DNA of 56,713 nt from an uncultured Gammaproteobacteria bacterium. Its GTDB lineage: Bacteria; Patescibacteriota; Microgenomatia; UBA8517. The notes under the pieces were generated by a model. That model made no database searches, was not told where the DNA came from, and saw only the letters and a program-made list of their open reading frames with translations. The position numbers and the translations under genes were made by a program. Of this stretch, positions 35,708-45,696 are shown piece after piece. The stretch covers positions 1 to 56,713 of the forward strand of contig CAZCNT010000002.1 in assembly GCA_964500695.1 (NCBI GenBank), in the 5' to 3' direction. Within the stretch, counting starts at the first letter, position 1. Every line of letters begins with the position of its first letter.

Positions 35708-36568
35708 CTAAGCTCCGTAAATTCTATTGAGGATGTTGTCGGAGTATTTTGTCAGGTAGCTTCTGAAATATTTCAAATCCTCAATTATCGCTATATATTG
35801 ACCATTCCTTTTTTTCTTAAATTTACCGATCGACCCATTTTTGATATATTCTTCATTTTGTTTCTGACTTTTTGGATAAAGTGCTTTAACTATGGGAAAT
35901 AAATAACAGTTTGACAACTCACCTGGTTCACCATATCTATCGGTACTTACAACCGTAGGTGAAACGTATTTATACCTTTCCAAAAACAGCCGAAGCACCC
36001 TTGGATGATTTCGAAAAGCTATTGGTCCGAAAAAGATATCAAAATTCTGTCCCTGTCTTAATTTGCACAGTCTCCGCAGTAAATTAATATACACCTTGTT
36101 ACCAGCCATTTCCGATTTCCACATAAACCCAGGGTAAGTTTCGCGGAACAAAATTGGATTTCTGTTGGCTATAACTATGTCAGCTTCCCTATTTATAATC
36201 GGCAAAATTATTTGCGAAATAAATTTTTCAACTATGGAGACCTTCTCCGGTTCGGTTTTTAGGATTATCTTCGTATCTTTAAAACCGGCTGCAAGCAAAT
36301 AGGCTTTGCGCCTTCCGAGATCCCTGCCTTTATGTTCGCGCTTAAACAGAATTATTTTGCCTATTTTGTCTACTCTATCAATAAATTCTACCGAGCTGGC
36401 CCAGTCGCCTACTATTACCCGATATCCTTTTACTTTGCCTGTTCTGATCATCTGGATTGCCAAATCTCCTCTTATTTTGTCTACATCTCCTACAGACTTT
36501 ACTCTACCCGAATACCACGCGGGGTAGGATGTAAGCAAAACCACGGCTATTGACTTTGGATTTAGCAT
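35708..36568 (-). CDS. Hypothetical protein, possibly a GT-A-like fold
   Basis: 286-aa ORF opening with IAVVLLTSYP... No canonical DxD seen. The family call is weak. Confidence 0.45.
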   Translation of the reverse strand: MLNPKSIAVVLLTSYPAWYSGRVKSVGDVDKIRGDLAIQMIRTGKVKGYRVIVGDWASSVEFIDRVDKIGKIILFKREHKGRDLGRRKAYLLAAGFKDTKIILKTEPEKVSIVEKFISQIILPIINREADIVIANRNPILFRETYPGFMWKSEMAGNKVYINLLRRLCKLRQGQNFDIFFGPIAFRNHPRVLRLFLERYKYVSPTVVSTDRYGEPGELSNCYLFPIVKALYPKSQKQNEEYIKNGSIGKFKKKRNGQYIAIIEDLKYFRSYLTKYSDNILNRIYGA

Positions 36569-36615
36569 AATTTATATAATTACAGAATACTTATTGTAAA
36601 GTATAATACAGTTTA

Positions 36616-37626
36616 ATGAGTGTAGTAAAAATTGGAATAATAGGTACAGGGTTTGGCCTATATGGCCTACTCCCCGCTTTTAACTCAACCCAAGGGTTTT
36701 TTGTGACCTGCATTTCTGGGGAAAAGACTAAAAGACTAACAGACTATTGCAGAAAAATCGGTCTAGAAAAAATCTATACCGACTGGCACGAAATGATCAC
36801 AAATGAAAAATTGGATGCAGTCGCCATCGCGGTCCCTCCAAATATACAATACAAAATAGCAAAATATGCGATCGGTAGAGGAATTCATGTATTTACAGAA
36901 AAACCGTTGGCGGTAACCCTGAGTCAAGCTGAGGACCTTCTTCAACTTGCCAAAAGAAAGAAAGTAAAGCATATGGTGGATTTCGAGTTTCCGGAAATTG
37001 AGGCCTGGAAGAAAGTAAAAGAGCTTTTGAGCAAAAAGGTATTCGGCAGTCTCATGAAAATTTGCATAAACTGGGATTTTCTAAGCTTCGACATTAAAAA
37101 CCAAATATCTTCATGGAAAACAGACATTAAGGAAGGTGGAGGAGCGCTATCTTACTATTTTTCCCACACCCTTCATTATCTTGAACATTTCGGAGGTGAA
37201 ATTACAGATACAAAAAGTGTACTTTCCTACTCAACGGAAAGTTTAAACGGCGGTGAAGTGGGAGTTGATCTTCTGGCAAAATTTAAAAATGGGGTTACAG
37301 CAAATACACACCTGTGCTGCAATACAAGAGGACTAAATAGGCACCAGCTTGTGTTTATCTGCAAAAAGGCTACCATTGTCTTGGAAAATACGAGGAGTTT
37401 TACATCCGGATTTACTGTCAAAATTCACACGAATGATAATATTAAACAATTACCAATACCCCCGGATAAGGGTATTGTTAAGGACGAAGACGAAAGAGTG
37501 GTAATCGTCAAAAAATTAGCCGCAAGATTTATTAAAGCCATCATCCAAAACGAGAGAGTCACGCCGTCATTAGCAGAGGGTGTTAGGGTTCAATATCTAA
37601 TCGAACAAATTAGAAAAAATGAATAA
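36616..37626 (+). CDS. Gfo/Idh/MocA family NAD(P)-dependent oxidoreductase
   Basis: VKIGIIGTGFGLYG.., ..VAIAVPPNIQYKIA.., HVFTEKPLA (EKP motif). Confidence 0.85.
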   Translation: MSVVKIGIIGTGFGLYGLLPAFNSTQGFFVTCISGEKTKRLTDYCRKIGLEKIYTDWHEMITNEKLDAVAIAVPPNIQYKIAKYAIGRGIHVFTEKPLAVTLSQAEDLLQLAKRKKVKHMVDFEFPEIEAWKKVKELLSKKVFGSLMKICINWDFLSFDIKNQISSWKTDIKEGGGALSYYFSHTLHYLEHFGGEITDTKSVLSYSTESLNGGEVGVDLLAKFKNGVTANTHLCCNTRGLNRHQLVFICKKATIVLENTRSFTSGFTVKIHTNDNIKQLPIPPDKGIVKDEDERVVIVKKLAARFIKAIIQNERVTPSLAEGVRVQYLIEQIRKNE

Positions 37627-38491
37627 AAAGAAAGTTGTTATTCTGATTCCAACTCATAGACCAAATCTTATTGAAACCGATATAATTTCATTGGCTCATC
37701 TCAAAAAGCATCTGGGAAAATATGATATCTGCTTCGTTATTCCAAAAAAAATAAATGGCGATACCTTCAAATCTCTCGGATACAGGATTAAAAAAGTTAA
37801 TAATAATTTCTTTGGTACTTTAAGAAGAGTAAATGAATCTCTGCTTAATAAGGAATTTTACGAAAATTTTAAAGATTATGAGTACCTACTGCTTTACCAA
37901 CTTGATGCGATTATCCTTTCCAACCAGCTGGAAATGTGGCTAAAGTCTGGCTATGATTTTATAGCTGCTCCCTGGTTTAGACCAATAATTGGCCACCTGA
38001 CACATCAAAGAGGACAGGGGGTTTCGGGAGGAAACGGAGGTTTTTCGCTAAGAAACATCCAAAAATCAATCGAGGTATTAAGTAAAGTTGAAAAACTAGC
38101 CAAAAGAAATTCAAAGAACCATTACACGAGAAGACTTTGGTTTTGGCTTGCTGTTCTGACGGGAAAGTCACACAAAATTTGGCTAAACGCTCCCGCCGAC
38201 AACTATCCATTTAACGAAGACGGGTTCTGGTCATACGAAGCCCCTAAATACCTCAACAGCTTTAAAGTTGCCCCTTTTAGTGAGGCGCTAAAATTTTCAT
38301 TTGAAAGGTATCCAAAAAAATGTTTCGAACTCAATGGGCACAAGCTTCCCTTTGGTGCCCATGCCTGGGAAAAATACGACAAGGATTTTTGGTTAAGCGT
38401 TCTTTTTGACAATAAGAGAAATATTCGGAGTCATAATTCTAAAAAAGTTGCCCCCGTTAATCACAAGTGCAAAAAGCAGAAGAAGATGTAG
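37619..38491 (+). CDS. DUF5672-like protein (putative glycosyltransferase-like, uncharacterised)
   Basis: VVILIPTHRP.., LLYQLDAIILS.., YDFIAAPW.., GGNGGFSLRN. These match my memory of the DUF5672 pattern (DYIGAPW..GNGGfSLR). This needs an HMM check. Confidence 0.45.
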   Translation: MNKKKVVILIPTHRPNLIETDIISLAHLKKHLGKYDICFVIPKKINGDTFKSLGYRIKKVNNNFFGTLRRVNESLLNKEFYENFKDYEYLLLYQLDAIILSNQLEMWLKSGYDFIAAPWFRPIIGHLTHQRGQGVSGGNGGFSLRNIQKSIEVLSKVEKLAKRNSKNHYTRRLWFWLAVLTGKSHKIWLNAPADNYPFNEDGFWSYEAPKYLNSFKVAPFSEALKFSFERYPKKCFELNGHKLPFGAHAWEKYDKDFWLSVLFDNKRNIRSHNSKKVAPVNHKCKKQKKM

Positions 38492-39103
38492 CGTCTTTTG
38501 TAGAAATATCCTGGCAACATTTATTAGGGAATATGGGGGTATTTCAAATCCTTGTAGGGAAAGGGAATAATCTTTTATTCCAGATAAACCTACGAGATCT
38601 TTTAAAGATTGCTCGGTAAAACTGATGTAATGCTGCAAATCTGCGTACCTCTCTACTAATCCCAGTGGATTGCTTGCGTTTGGTACTACTATTATCAGTT
38701 TCCCCAAAGGTTTTAGGCTTGCATATAACATACTCAAAACTTCTGTATATTTAGCAGGAGAAATATGCTCCAGTACTTGAATCATTATTACTAAATCATA
38801 TTTTCCCGAATTTCTACTTAACTTACTTACATCCTCAGTACAGATGGTCTTTCTAATTTTGTGTTTATTGTTTATACGCTTAAGTATTTCCCTATCGTTA
38901 TCCACAACGTCGATGTTTTTTACTCCCAGTTTATTTAAATAACACACAAATTCCCCCATCCCTGGACCGATTTCAAGAACTGAATATTTTTCCTCGCTTT
39001 TAATATCAATTAAATCAGAAAAATTGTACTTGATATAGCCAATTTTCCGATTGAAGGTCTTTTTACTATACATTTGTTCCAAATGTTTAATGTATCTCGA
39101 CAT
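38393..39103 (-). CDS. Class I SAM-dependent methyltransferase
   Basis: VLEIGPGMGEF (motif I), DLVIMIQVLEH, LKPLGKLIIVVPN. Confidence 0.8.
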   Translation of the reverse strand: MSRYIKHLEQMYSKKTFNRKIGYIKYNFSDLIDIKSEEKYSVLEIGPGMGEFVCYLNKLGVKNIDVVDNDREILKRINNKHKIRKTICTEDVSKLSRNSGKYDLVIMIQVLEHISPAKYTEVLSMLYASLKPLGKLIIVVPNASNPLGLVERYADLQHYISFTEQSLKDLVGLSGIKDYSLSLQGFEIPPYSLINVARIFLQKTLHLLLLFALVINGGNFFRIMTPNISLIVKKNA

Positions 39104-39105
39104 GT

Positions 39106-39915
39106 TTATAGCGTGTTTACTATCATTGACCTTACACTATTGTGAACTCTATGCAAAGTTAGGGTTATTCTATTAGCAGTATATTTCCTTAGAACTTTCA
39201 TGTCTGAATCAAGAAGATCTTTATATTTTTTGGAGGAAATATTCTCTCCGGACATCCTGAAACTTGATAGATCAGAATTTATTATCCTTGGCATTTTAGT
39301 TCTTCCTATCTTTAACCACATTTCATACTCCAATACAAAATCCTTAGTTCCTTTAAATGGGCCGAATTTTTTATACGCAGCTCTTGTTAAAAAAACAGAA
39401 GGCTGCATTAAATAGTTAACCATCAAAAGAAGTCTGTAACTATTTATGCATGTTAATAGCCTTTTATAAAACATCGATAAACCTGCGATATTCTTTCCAT
39501 TTTTGTCTACCATCCGACCATACCCTGCCAACCAGAGCGCATCCTTACAATTTAGATACCCTTCAACCACTTTTTTAAAAGCATCTCTTTTATAAAGATC
39601 ATCTGCATTGATGTATGTAAGCACCTCTCCTCTTGCCTTTCTCATTCCAGCGTTGATTGCACTAAACTGTCCTTTGTCTTTTTTAGATTCACATCGAATC
39701 ATATCGGGATATTTTTTTAGATAATTATTAACAACATCGAGCGTCTGATCACTTGACCCCCCGTCTTGAATAATAACCTCAAAGTTCCTATAGCTCTGAC
39801 TAAATATAGAGGCCAACGTACTTTCAATAAAGTTTCCTTTATTTAACGAGGGGATAACAATGGATATCTTGGGGATGTTGTTGCTATTTTCCTTTCTTGA
39901 CATTTTTAAGGGCAT
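39106..39915 (-). CDS. GT2 family glycosyltransferase (WcaA-like)
   Basis: ISIVIPSLNKGNFIESTLASIFSQSY.NFEVIIQDGGSSD.., YINADD. Confidence 0.9.
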   Translation of the reverse strand: MPLKMSRKENSNNIPKISIVIPSLNKGNFIESTLASIFSQSYRNFEVIIQDGGSSDQTLDVVNNYLKKYPDMIRCESKKDKGQFSAINAGMRKARGEVLTYINADDLYKRDAFKKVVEGYLNCKDALWLAGYGRMVDKNGKNIAGLSMFYKRLLTCINSYRLLLMVNYLMQPSVFLTRAAYKKFGPFKGTKDFVLEYEMWLKIGRTKMPRIINSDLSSFRMSGENISSKKYKDLLDSDMKVLRKYTANRITLTLHRVHNSVRSMIVNTL

Positions 39916-40222
39916 CTTTTCTTACAAATTTTTCAAGTTTTTTTTCGGTTCTCCTGGTAGAAATATACGCCTTCGAAACCATCATTATTACGAGAATCAA
40001 TCCGCCCACAACCATCATGTCAAAAAGACGGGCAAATTTAAAATTTCTTGCAAACAATTGAAGTGAGTCAGGAAAAATAATGGCAATAATTGCAAATGTC
40101 CAAACACCAACCCAAACTACCATCTCGGATCGATCAATCTCCCTTCTTTTAAAATTGAGTACGGCAAAGTAGACCATCGTCAAAGCAAAAAGCAAGGTAA
40201 TTATTTGTAATCCTAAAATCAT
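39884..40222 (-). CDS. DUF2304-like small membrane protein (usual partner of polyprenyl-phosphate GT2s)
   Basis: 112 aa with 3-4 TM helices and a basic C-terminal tail. Lies immediately downstream of, and overlaps, a DSDGQH-type GT2. From memory, this is the usual genomic pairing for DUF2304. Confidence 0.55.
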   Translation of the reverse strand: MILGLQIITLLFALTMVYFAVLNFKRREIDRSEMVVWVGVWTFAIIAIIFPDSLQLFARNFKFARLFDMMVVGGLILVIMMVSKAYISTRRTEKKLEKFVRKDALKNVKKGK

Positions 40223-40884
40223 TTAGTTATTCTCCACTTAATAATATCTAATAAAATAGCAAACGCGTCCAAGAGCGTAACCCCCTTTACGCTGTCCAAG
40301 TATACAGTCTCAACAGGAACCTCGCAATATTTGAGGTTTGTATTTGCCAAATTTATTATCATCTCTGTTTCGACTCCATATCCGGTCGACTCCCAGGCAA
40401 TTTTCCGATAGGCTCTTTTGGTCAAGGCACGATAACCGCAAAGAATGTCAGACACATATATATTAAAGAGCAGAGATATCAATATTGAAACCATTTTATT
40501 TCCCATAAATCTTACCAGAGGCACTCCGTGACTTAAATTCCTGGATCCGAAAACAACTTCGTTGCCATCATAAAGTGCTTCTAAAAAATTATCCATATCT
40601 CCAATTTTATGCTGCCCGTCAGAATCCATCATAACAACGGCATCTGCCCCCAATGCGAAAGCTGCCTCACATCCGGTTTTTAAGGCCGCCCCCTTGCCAA
40701 GATTGGTCTTGTGCCTGATAACATTATCAACAATCTTACCGGCAATCTCAAATGTGGAATCTGTAGATCCGTCATCTACAACAACTACGGGCAACCTCGA
40801 AATAAGTGCTTTCCTAAGTACAGTGGCTATTTGTTTTTCTTCATTGCAGGAAGGAATAACTATAAATATATTATTTTTCGACAT
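40219..40884 (-). CDS. GT2, GtrB/ArnC/Dpm1-like polyprenyl-phosphate sugar synthase
   Basis: IFIVIPSCNEE..VVVDDGSTDST..GKGAALKTG..MMDSDGQH. I prefer ATG 40884 over the track start at 40980. Confidence 0.85.
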   Translation of the reverse strand: MSKNNIFIVIPSCNEEKQIATVLRKALISRLPVVVVDDGSTDSTFEIAGKIVDNVIRHKTNLGKGAALKTGCEAAFALGADAVVMMDSDGQHKIGDMDNFLEALYDGNEVVFGSRNLSHGVPLVRFMGNKMVSILISLLFNIYVSDILCGYRALTKRAYRKIAWESTGYGVETEMIINLANTNLKYCEVPVETVYLDSVKGVTLLDAFAILLDIIKWRITK

Positions 40885-42409
40885 ACTTAAGCAGTTCTTT
40901 TCCAAATCTATCCTTCGAAAAATATTTAGACCTTTTAACTGCACCTTCGGAAAGCGTCTCCATAAATGTTTTGTTCTCAATCAATTGTTTGGTCATTGTT
41001 ATTAGCTCTCTCTGAGAATTCCAAACCATCCCGCTTTCTTTACTGACTGTTTCAGTCAGTCCACCACCATTAAAAACTATCGGCACTACGCCTGCCGCCA
41101 TTGCTTCCACGACTGTTATTCCAAAATGCTCGAAAGTGATGGGGTCTCTGGCTTTATCCTCCCCAAAGCCGGTTGCATGCCAATAAATCTTAGCCTGTGA
41201 ATAGAGTTTCTTAAGCCCCTCAAACGATAAAAACAAGTGAAAATACACTTTATAACCCTTGGCTTCATTTCTAATCATGTTTAAGTAGTCTGTATGCTCT
41301 TTTCCTCCGGCAACTCCTCCAACAAAGTGAAGTTCCCAGGAACTGTCTATCATTTTCTCATCAACCATCTTTTTGAAAACCGAAACAAGAATATCTTGTT
41401 TTTTGGAATGCCCACCCATAAAGAATCTACCAACGTTTAAAATAATGTTTTTCTTTCTCCCCGGTTGAAACTGATCTATATCTACCGGTGGATAAAGTAT
41501 CTCTGCATCCTTATCCAGATATTTCTTGGTCCAAAACTTTGTAAATTCTGAGTTGGCTAAAAATACTTTATAAGTATCCAGTCCTTCACCGGGCTTATAC
41601 GAAGAACTGCCATAAAGGGCCATTTCATAACGTGGCATGTAGCGTTTTAAAATGTTCCAAAGAATAAATCTGAAGTTTCTGACCCCCATGCTTACAAGAC
41701 CAAATCCATTCGATTTTGTATCCTCATTTATAATTATCTTTATCACAGGATTTTGGTTTGCCGAATTTACTCTTAACTTAAAAACCCCAACGTTAAAATT
41801 GTAATCAAGGTATCTGTCTTCCAAAGATATTCTTGCATTTGGAGAGTCAAAGCTAATTGATTTAAGCGACCTCAAGGTCAATTGCTCCACAAAAATCCTT
41901 AAAACGAGTAAAAAACTTTTTGGGGTATTAGAAAAAACAATCGTATTTTCCTTATCCAACCACCTTCCTCCTCTTGTATAAACATCGTCAACCGGATTAA
42001 TACCGCTTTTTATTTCGGGAATAATCAGGAATCTTCTCAATATAGGCAAAATCTTTTCATATTTTATAAATCCCAAAAACGTCCTTTTCATCGGGGTCGG
42101 AAAATGAACGTAATAGATCGATCTTTTCGCTTTTGACGGCAGATGGTCCAAAAAGCTGACATTAATAAACATATCGTATTTTCTTGTCTTGGGTATAAGC
42201 TTGGCATAACTTCTTTCATACCATGCAACCATGTTAACGCTTGACAAATCAACGCCCATCTTTTCCTGAACTTCTTTCTTATCAACCTCAAAATTAGAAA
42301 CCAGATCAACATCGTGACCTTTTTTCGACAACACCTCGGCCATTACCGTTGCCACCTTTTCTCCGCCTCCAAGGGCACTTAACCATTTGTCATAGATTGC
42401 AATTTTCAT
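40871..42409 (-). CDS. GT4 family (GT-B) glycosyltransferase with a large inserted middle region
   Basis: MKIAIYDKWLSALGGGEKV N-terminus and EHFGITVVEAMAAGVVPIVFNGGGLTETV C-terminal motif. 512 aa. Confidence 0.8.
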   Translation of the reverse strand: MKIAIYDKWLSALGGGEKVATVMAEVLSKKGHDVDLVSNFEVDKKEVQEKMGVDLSSVNMVAWYERSYAKLIPKTRKYDMFINVSFLDHLPSKAKRSIYYVHFPTPMKRTFLGFIKYEKILPILRRFLIIPEIKSGINPVDDVYTRGGRWLDKENTIVFSNTPKSFLLVLRIFVEQLTLRSLKSISFDSPNARISLEDRYLDYNFNVGVFKLRVNSANQNPVIKIIINEDTKSNGFGLVSMGVRNFRFILWNILKRYMPRYEMALYGSSSYKPGEGLDTYKVFLANSEFTKFWTKKYLDKDAEILYPPVDIDQFQPGRKKNIILNVGRFFMGGHSKKQDILVSVFKKMVDEKMIDSSWELHFVGGVAGGKEHTDYLNMIRNEAKGYKVYFHLFLSFEGLKKLYSQAKIYWHATGFGEDKARDPITFEHFGITVVEAMAAGVVPIVFNGGGLTETVSKESGMVWNSQRELITMTKQLIENKTFMETLSEGAVKRSKYFSKDRFGKELLKYVEK

Positions 42410-42413
42410 ATTC

Positions 42414-43700
42414 CTACATTAGTGATTTAACTTCGTTATATTTTATCCGATTCGTCTTGAATAGACCAATAAAAAAGGGAAACAATACGGAAGCGCAGAC
42501 CCTCAATCTGACCACGAGCCTCTTTTTTATCTTTTCCCAATTTCTTTTGAGAAGATTATAGACGAGAACCCCAAAGGTATCTCTAATTACATACTTAAAA
42601 AGCAGTTGCAATGCTTTTAGTCTGGGCCAATGCTTAGATACAAAGAGAAGCCTACCTCTTTCTGCATGAAAAACGAAAAAGTCAGACCACTCCTTGGAAC
42701 TACCTGCGTGTATATGGCGAATGACAGATTTGGGATTATAAATTACCCTCCAACCCTTTTCTCTAAGTCTGAATGACAAGTCAGAGTCTTCGTAGTACAT
42801 AAAAAAGTTTTTATCAAAATAACCAACATCCTGAAGCGCCTTTTTATTTAAAAGTACGCCCGCTCCACAAAATGCAGGGACGATTTCCTCTTCGTCATAT
42901 TGACCATCGTCTTCCTCGTAAAATTGCCTGCTAGCAGCAATAATTGCTCCCCTGTCTCTCCCAGACCCGTCCCTAAAATAAAAATTTCCGGCATTTTGTA
43001 TCAGATTTTTTTGGTACTTGGCAACCTGTTCTTTGCTTAGGTCAAGGTCAATATTAAAGTCTTTTATTAGCGAGTCCAGGTGCCCTTTAAATACTACGTC
43101 TTCGCCTATATATATTTTAAAGTCGTTTCTTCTAAATGGTTTTATTCTCAGATTTATTTTTACACCATGATTTATTTCATGATTAAGAGGAATAAACACT
43201 TTTTCCGTAATAAGGCTTCCTGAATCGTGGGAGATAATAAAAGGATCCGGAGTGTATGGTTTTGCAGTTTCATGGGAAGCATAACTCGAAAAAAACGCCT
43301 CCTCGATCATGATTGGTAAATAGAAGTCTACCAGTACTAATTTTGCACCGATGGCCCCTACCCTACTCCCTCTTTTTTTGAATAGATCCACGAGTGAGGT
43401 AACCGTATCGATATTCAAAATCGTATCGTTGTTGGCGAGTAAAAAAAGATCTCCCTTGGCGTGTTTCATCCCCAGATTATTTCCTAAACCAAAACCCAAG
43501 TTTTTTTCAGACTTTATGATTCTTACTTTGGGAAAGTTCTTTTCAATATAGATAATTGAGTCATCAGTTGAACCGTTATCGACAACTATAACTTCGTAAT
43601 TTTCTTTAGGGCAATCCTGGATGAAGGTTGAATTCAAAAAGTCTTTTAAAAACCTTTTACCATTGAAGTTAACAGTGATTATGGAAACAAAATTAGTCAT
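42414..43700 (-). CDS. GT2 family glycosyltransferase (rhamnosyltransferase-like, long form)
   Basis: VSIITVNFNGKRFL..VIVVDNGSTDDS..LLANNDT. Confidence 0.85.
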   Translation of the reverse strand: MTNFVSIITVNFNGKRFLKDFLNSTFIQDCPKENYEVIVVDNGSTDDSIIYIEKNFPKVRIIKSEKNLGFGLGNNLGMKHAKGDLFLLANNDTILNIDTVTSLVDLFKKRGSRVGAIGAKLVLVDFYLPIMIEEAFFSSYASHETAKPYTPDPFIISHDSGSLITEKVFIPLNHEINHGVKINLRIKPFRRNDFKIYIGEDVVFKGHLDSLIKDFNIDLDLSKEQVAKYQKNLIQNAGNFYFRDGSGRDRGAIIAASRQFYEEDDGQYDEEEIVPAFCGAGVLLNKKALQDVGYFDKNFFMYYEDSDLSFRLREKGWRVIYNPKSVIRHIHAGSSKEWSDFFVFHAERGRLLFVSKHWPRLKALQLLFKYVIRDTFGVLVYNLLKRNWEKIKKRLVVRLRVCASVLFPFFIGLFKTNRIKYNEVKSLM

Positions 43701-44559
43701 TCTTTTTTCCCAAAACCTTACTTTTAACCTCTAAATAATATCTCCAAAGCTTGTAAGTCTTAGAGGCTTTTATTTTTTCCAGTTCTTCTCTCAATTGTGT
43801 AGTCTCATTCTGCAAGCAAGTCATAAGCTTTCCCAATGGTTGTATTCCTTGTGTAACATCCATACCATCAATGTCGTTGCCTGCCACAAAAGAAGGAATT
43901 ACGTTTTCAATCTTCTTATCGGAACAAATGGCTATAAGATACTGTGAATTGTTCCCGCTATGGGAAGGAACACTCCCACTTGCCACAAGCTCACTCTTTT
44001 CGGGAATTACGAAGTTAGAGAACCAGAAAAACTGACCCAACATCTCTACATATTTAAAATGTGCCATTAGTATTTCCTTAAACTCTTTGGCGTTCAATTC
44101 CTTTTTATGAAATTTATTTTTATCCGAATAAGTCGTCTTATTGGGTGTTGAGATTATAAGAATGCCTTCGGACTTTAGAAGTCTTTTGATTTCAATAATA
44201 AAATCGTTCTGTTTTATGATATGTTCGATAAATTCAAAGCTTACCACAACATCAAAACTCCCCGACACCAGATCCGTCTTCAAAGCATCACCCACACAAA
44301 AATTAATATTGTCGTGCCCATATTTGCTTTCTGCATACTCAATCGCTGTTCTGGAAATATCAAGCCCAACAACATTATTGGCACCCGCGGAAGAAAGCAT
44401 CTTGCTGCCGTATCCGCTACCGCAGGCTAAATCTAAAACCTTCTTTTTTTTAACAAACCCTCCCGCAAATTGATACCTATTAATATGCTCGTAATATAAT
44501 TCCTTACCCATATTCAAGTCGGGAATCATTCTTTCTCCTGTAAAAATAATTTTTTTCAT
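43693..44559 (-). CDS. Class I SAM methyltransferase with a C-terminal coiled-coil (WbdD-like chain-terminator candidate)
   Basis: VLDLACGSGYGS (motif I). The C-terminal LQNETTQLREELEKIKASK region is heptad-like. Lies directly downstream of wzm-wzt. Confidence 0.75.
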   Translation of the reverse strand: MKKIIFTGERMIPDLNMGKELYYEHINRYQFAGGFVKKKKVLDLACGSGYGSKMLSSAGANNVVGLDISRTAIEYAESKYGHDNINFCVGDALKTDLVSGSFDVVVSFEFIEHIIKQNDFIIEIKRLLKSEGILIISTPNKTTYSDKNKFHKKELNAKEFKEILMAHFKYVEMLGQFFWFSNFVIPEKSELVASGSVPSHSGNNSQYLIAICSDKKIENVIPSFVAGNDIDGMDVTQGIQPLGKLMTCLQNETTQLREELEKIKASKTYKLWRYYLEVKSKVLGKKND

Positions 44560-45695
44560 TTAATTTTAATCGAGATATCACCTTTTTTCGGAGAACTTTT
44601 CCCGACTATTTTGAAAAAAACCATATTATTTCTCCAATCGTAGGTTCGCGACAGATCGGAATAGGCCACAGCAGGAGAGATTGAATATTCACCCGCCGGA
44701 ATTGATACATCAATTGAGAAGATCACCCTTCTTGATTCACTTTTCTCGAATTTGCCCGTTTTAATACGATTCCAAATTGTATTTGCCGCAAAAACCTCCT
44801 CATTATTTTTATTTCTCACCACAATTCCGAAAACCGGGTCTTTAACGTCCTCGTGAAACTCCAAATCAAAGATAACCTTAAATTCTTTTCCAGCAGGAAT
44901 TACCTTCCCTTGTCCGCTATTAACCAACAAATCCTTTATTTCAATAAGCCTATCTCCCCACCTAAACTCCTTCATTTGAGTATAGTCATCAATCACTTTC
45001 CGCGGGTCTCCCGAACTCAACAGTTTTCCTTTATCTATATAAAAAGCCCTGTCGCAAAAACTCTCAACAATGTCTAAATTGTGGCTTACTAAAACTATTG
45101 CCACTCCTCTTTTCTTAAACTCTTTCATCTTCTGCATGCACTTTGCTTGAAAATTAGCATCACCTACCGCCAACAGTTCATCAACCAATAAAATATCAGG
45201 ATCAACATGTACAGCTATCGAAAAACCCAACCTCATGTACATCCCTGAAGAGTAATGTTTGACCGGAGTATCGATAAAATCCTCAATTTCAGCAAAGCTC
45301 ACTATACTGTCAAATCTTTCTTTTACTTCTTTTCTTGACAAACCCAATATGACGCCGTTTAAATATATGTTTTCCCTACCTGTCAGCTCCGGATGAAAAC
45401 CTGCTCCCAATTCTATGAGAGGAGAAACTCTGCCGTTTACCTCAACCTTCCCCTTATCGGGAATCATAAATCCCGAAATGAGCTTAAGAACGGTTGATTT
45501 ACCAGAACCGTTTGGTCCTATTATCCCAACACTTTCCCCCCTTTTAATAGTAAAACCAGTATCTCTCAATGCCCAAAACCACTCCGTCGGATCGAGTCTA
45601 AACACATTAACCAAAACCTCCTTTAAAAGAAGTTTTCGTCCTCTTTTAAACCTTTTACTCACGTTTTCAAATCTAATCACGATGTTGTTTTTCAT
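44556..45695 (-). CDS. wzt: Polysaccharide ABC exporter ATP-binding protein with a C-terminal carbohydrate-binding (Wzt_C-like) domain
   Basis: Walker A GPNGSGKST, signature YSSGMYMRLGFS and Walker B ILLVDELLAVGD. A ~150-aa beta-rich C-terminal extension follows. I prefer ATG 45695, 1 nt after the wzm stop, over the track start at 45749. Confidence 0.9.
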   Translation of the reverse strand: MKNNIVIRFENVSKRFKRGRKLLLKEVLVNVFRLDPTEWFWALRDTGFTIKRGESVGIIGPNGSGKSTVLKLISGFMIPDKGKVEVNGRVSPLIELGAGFHPELTGRENIYLNGVILGLSRKEVKERFDSIVSFAEIEDFIDTPVKHYSSGMYMRLGFSIAVHVDPDILLVDELLAVGDANFQAKCMQKMKEFKKRGVAIVLVSHNLDIVESFCDRAFYIDKGKLLSSGDPRKVIDDYTQMKEFRWGDRLIEIKDLLVNSGQGKVIPAGKEFKVIFDLEFHEDVKDPVFGIVVRNKNNEEVFAANTIWNRIKTGKFEKSESRRVIFSIDVSIPAGEYSISPAVAYSDLSRTYDWRNNMVFFKIVGKSSPKKGDISIKIK

Positions 45696-45696
45696 T

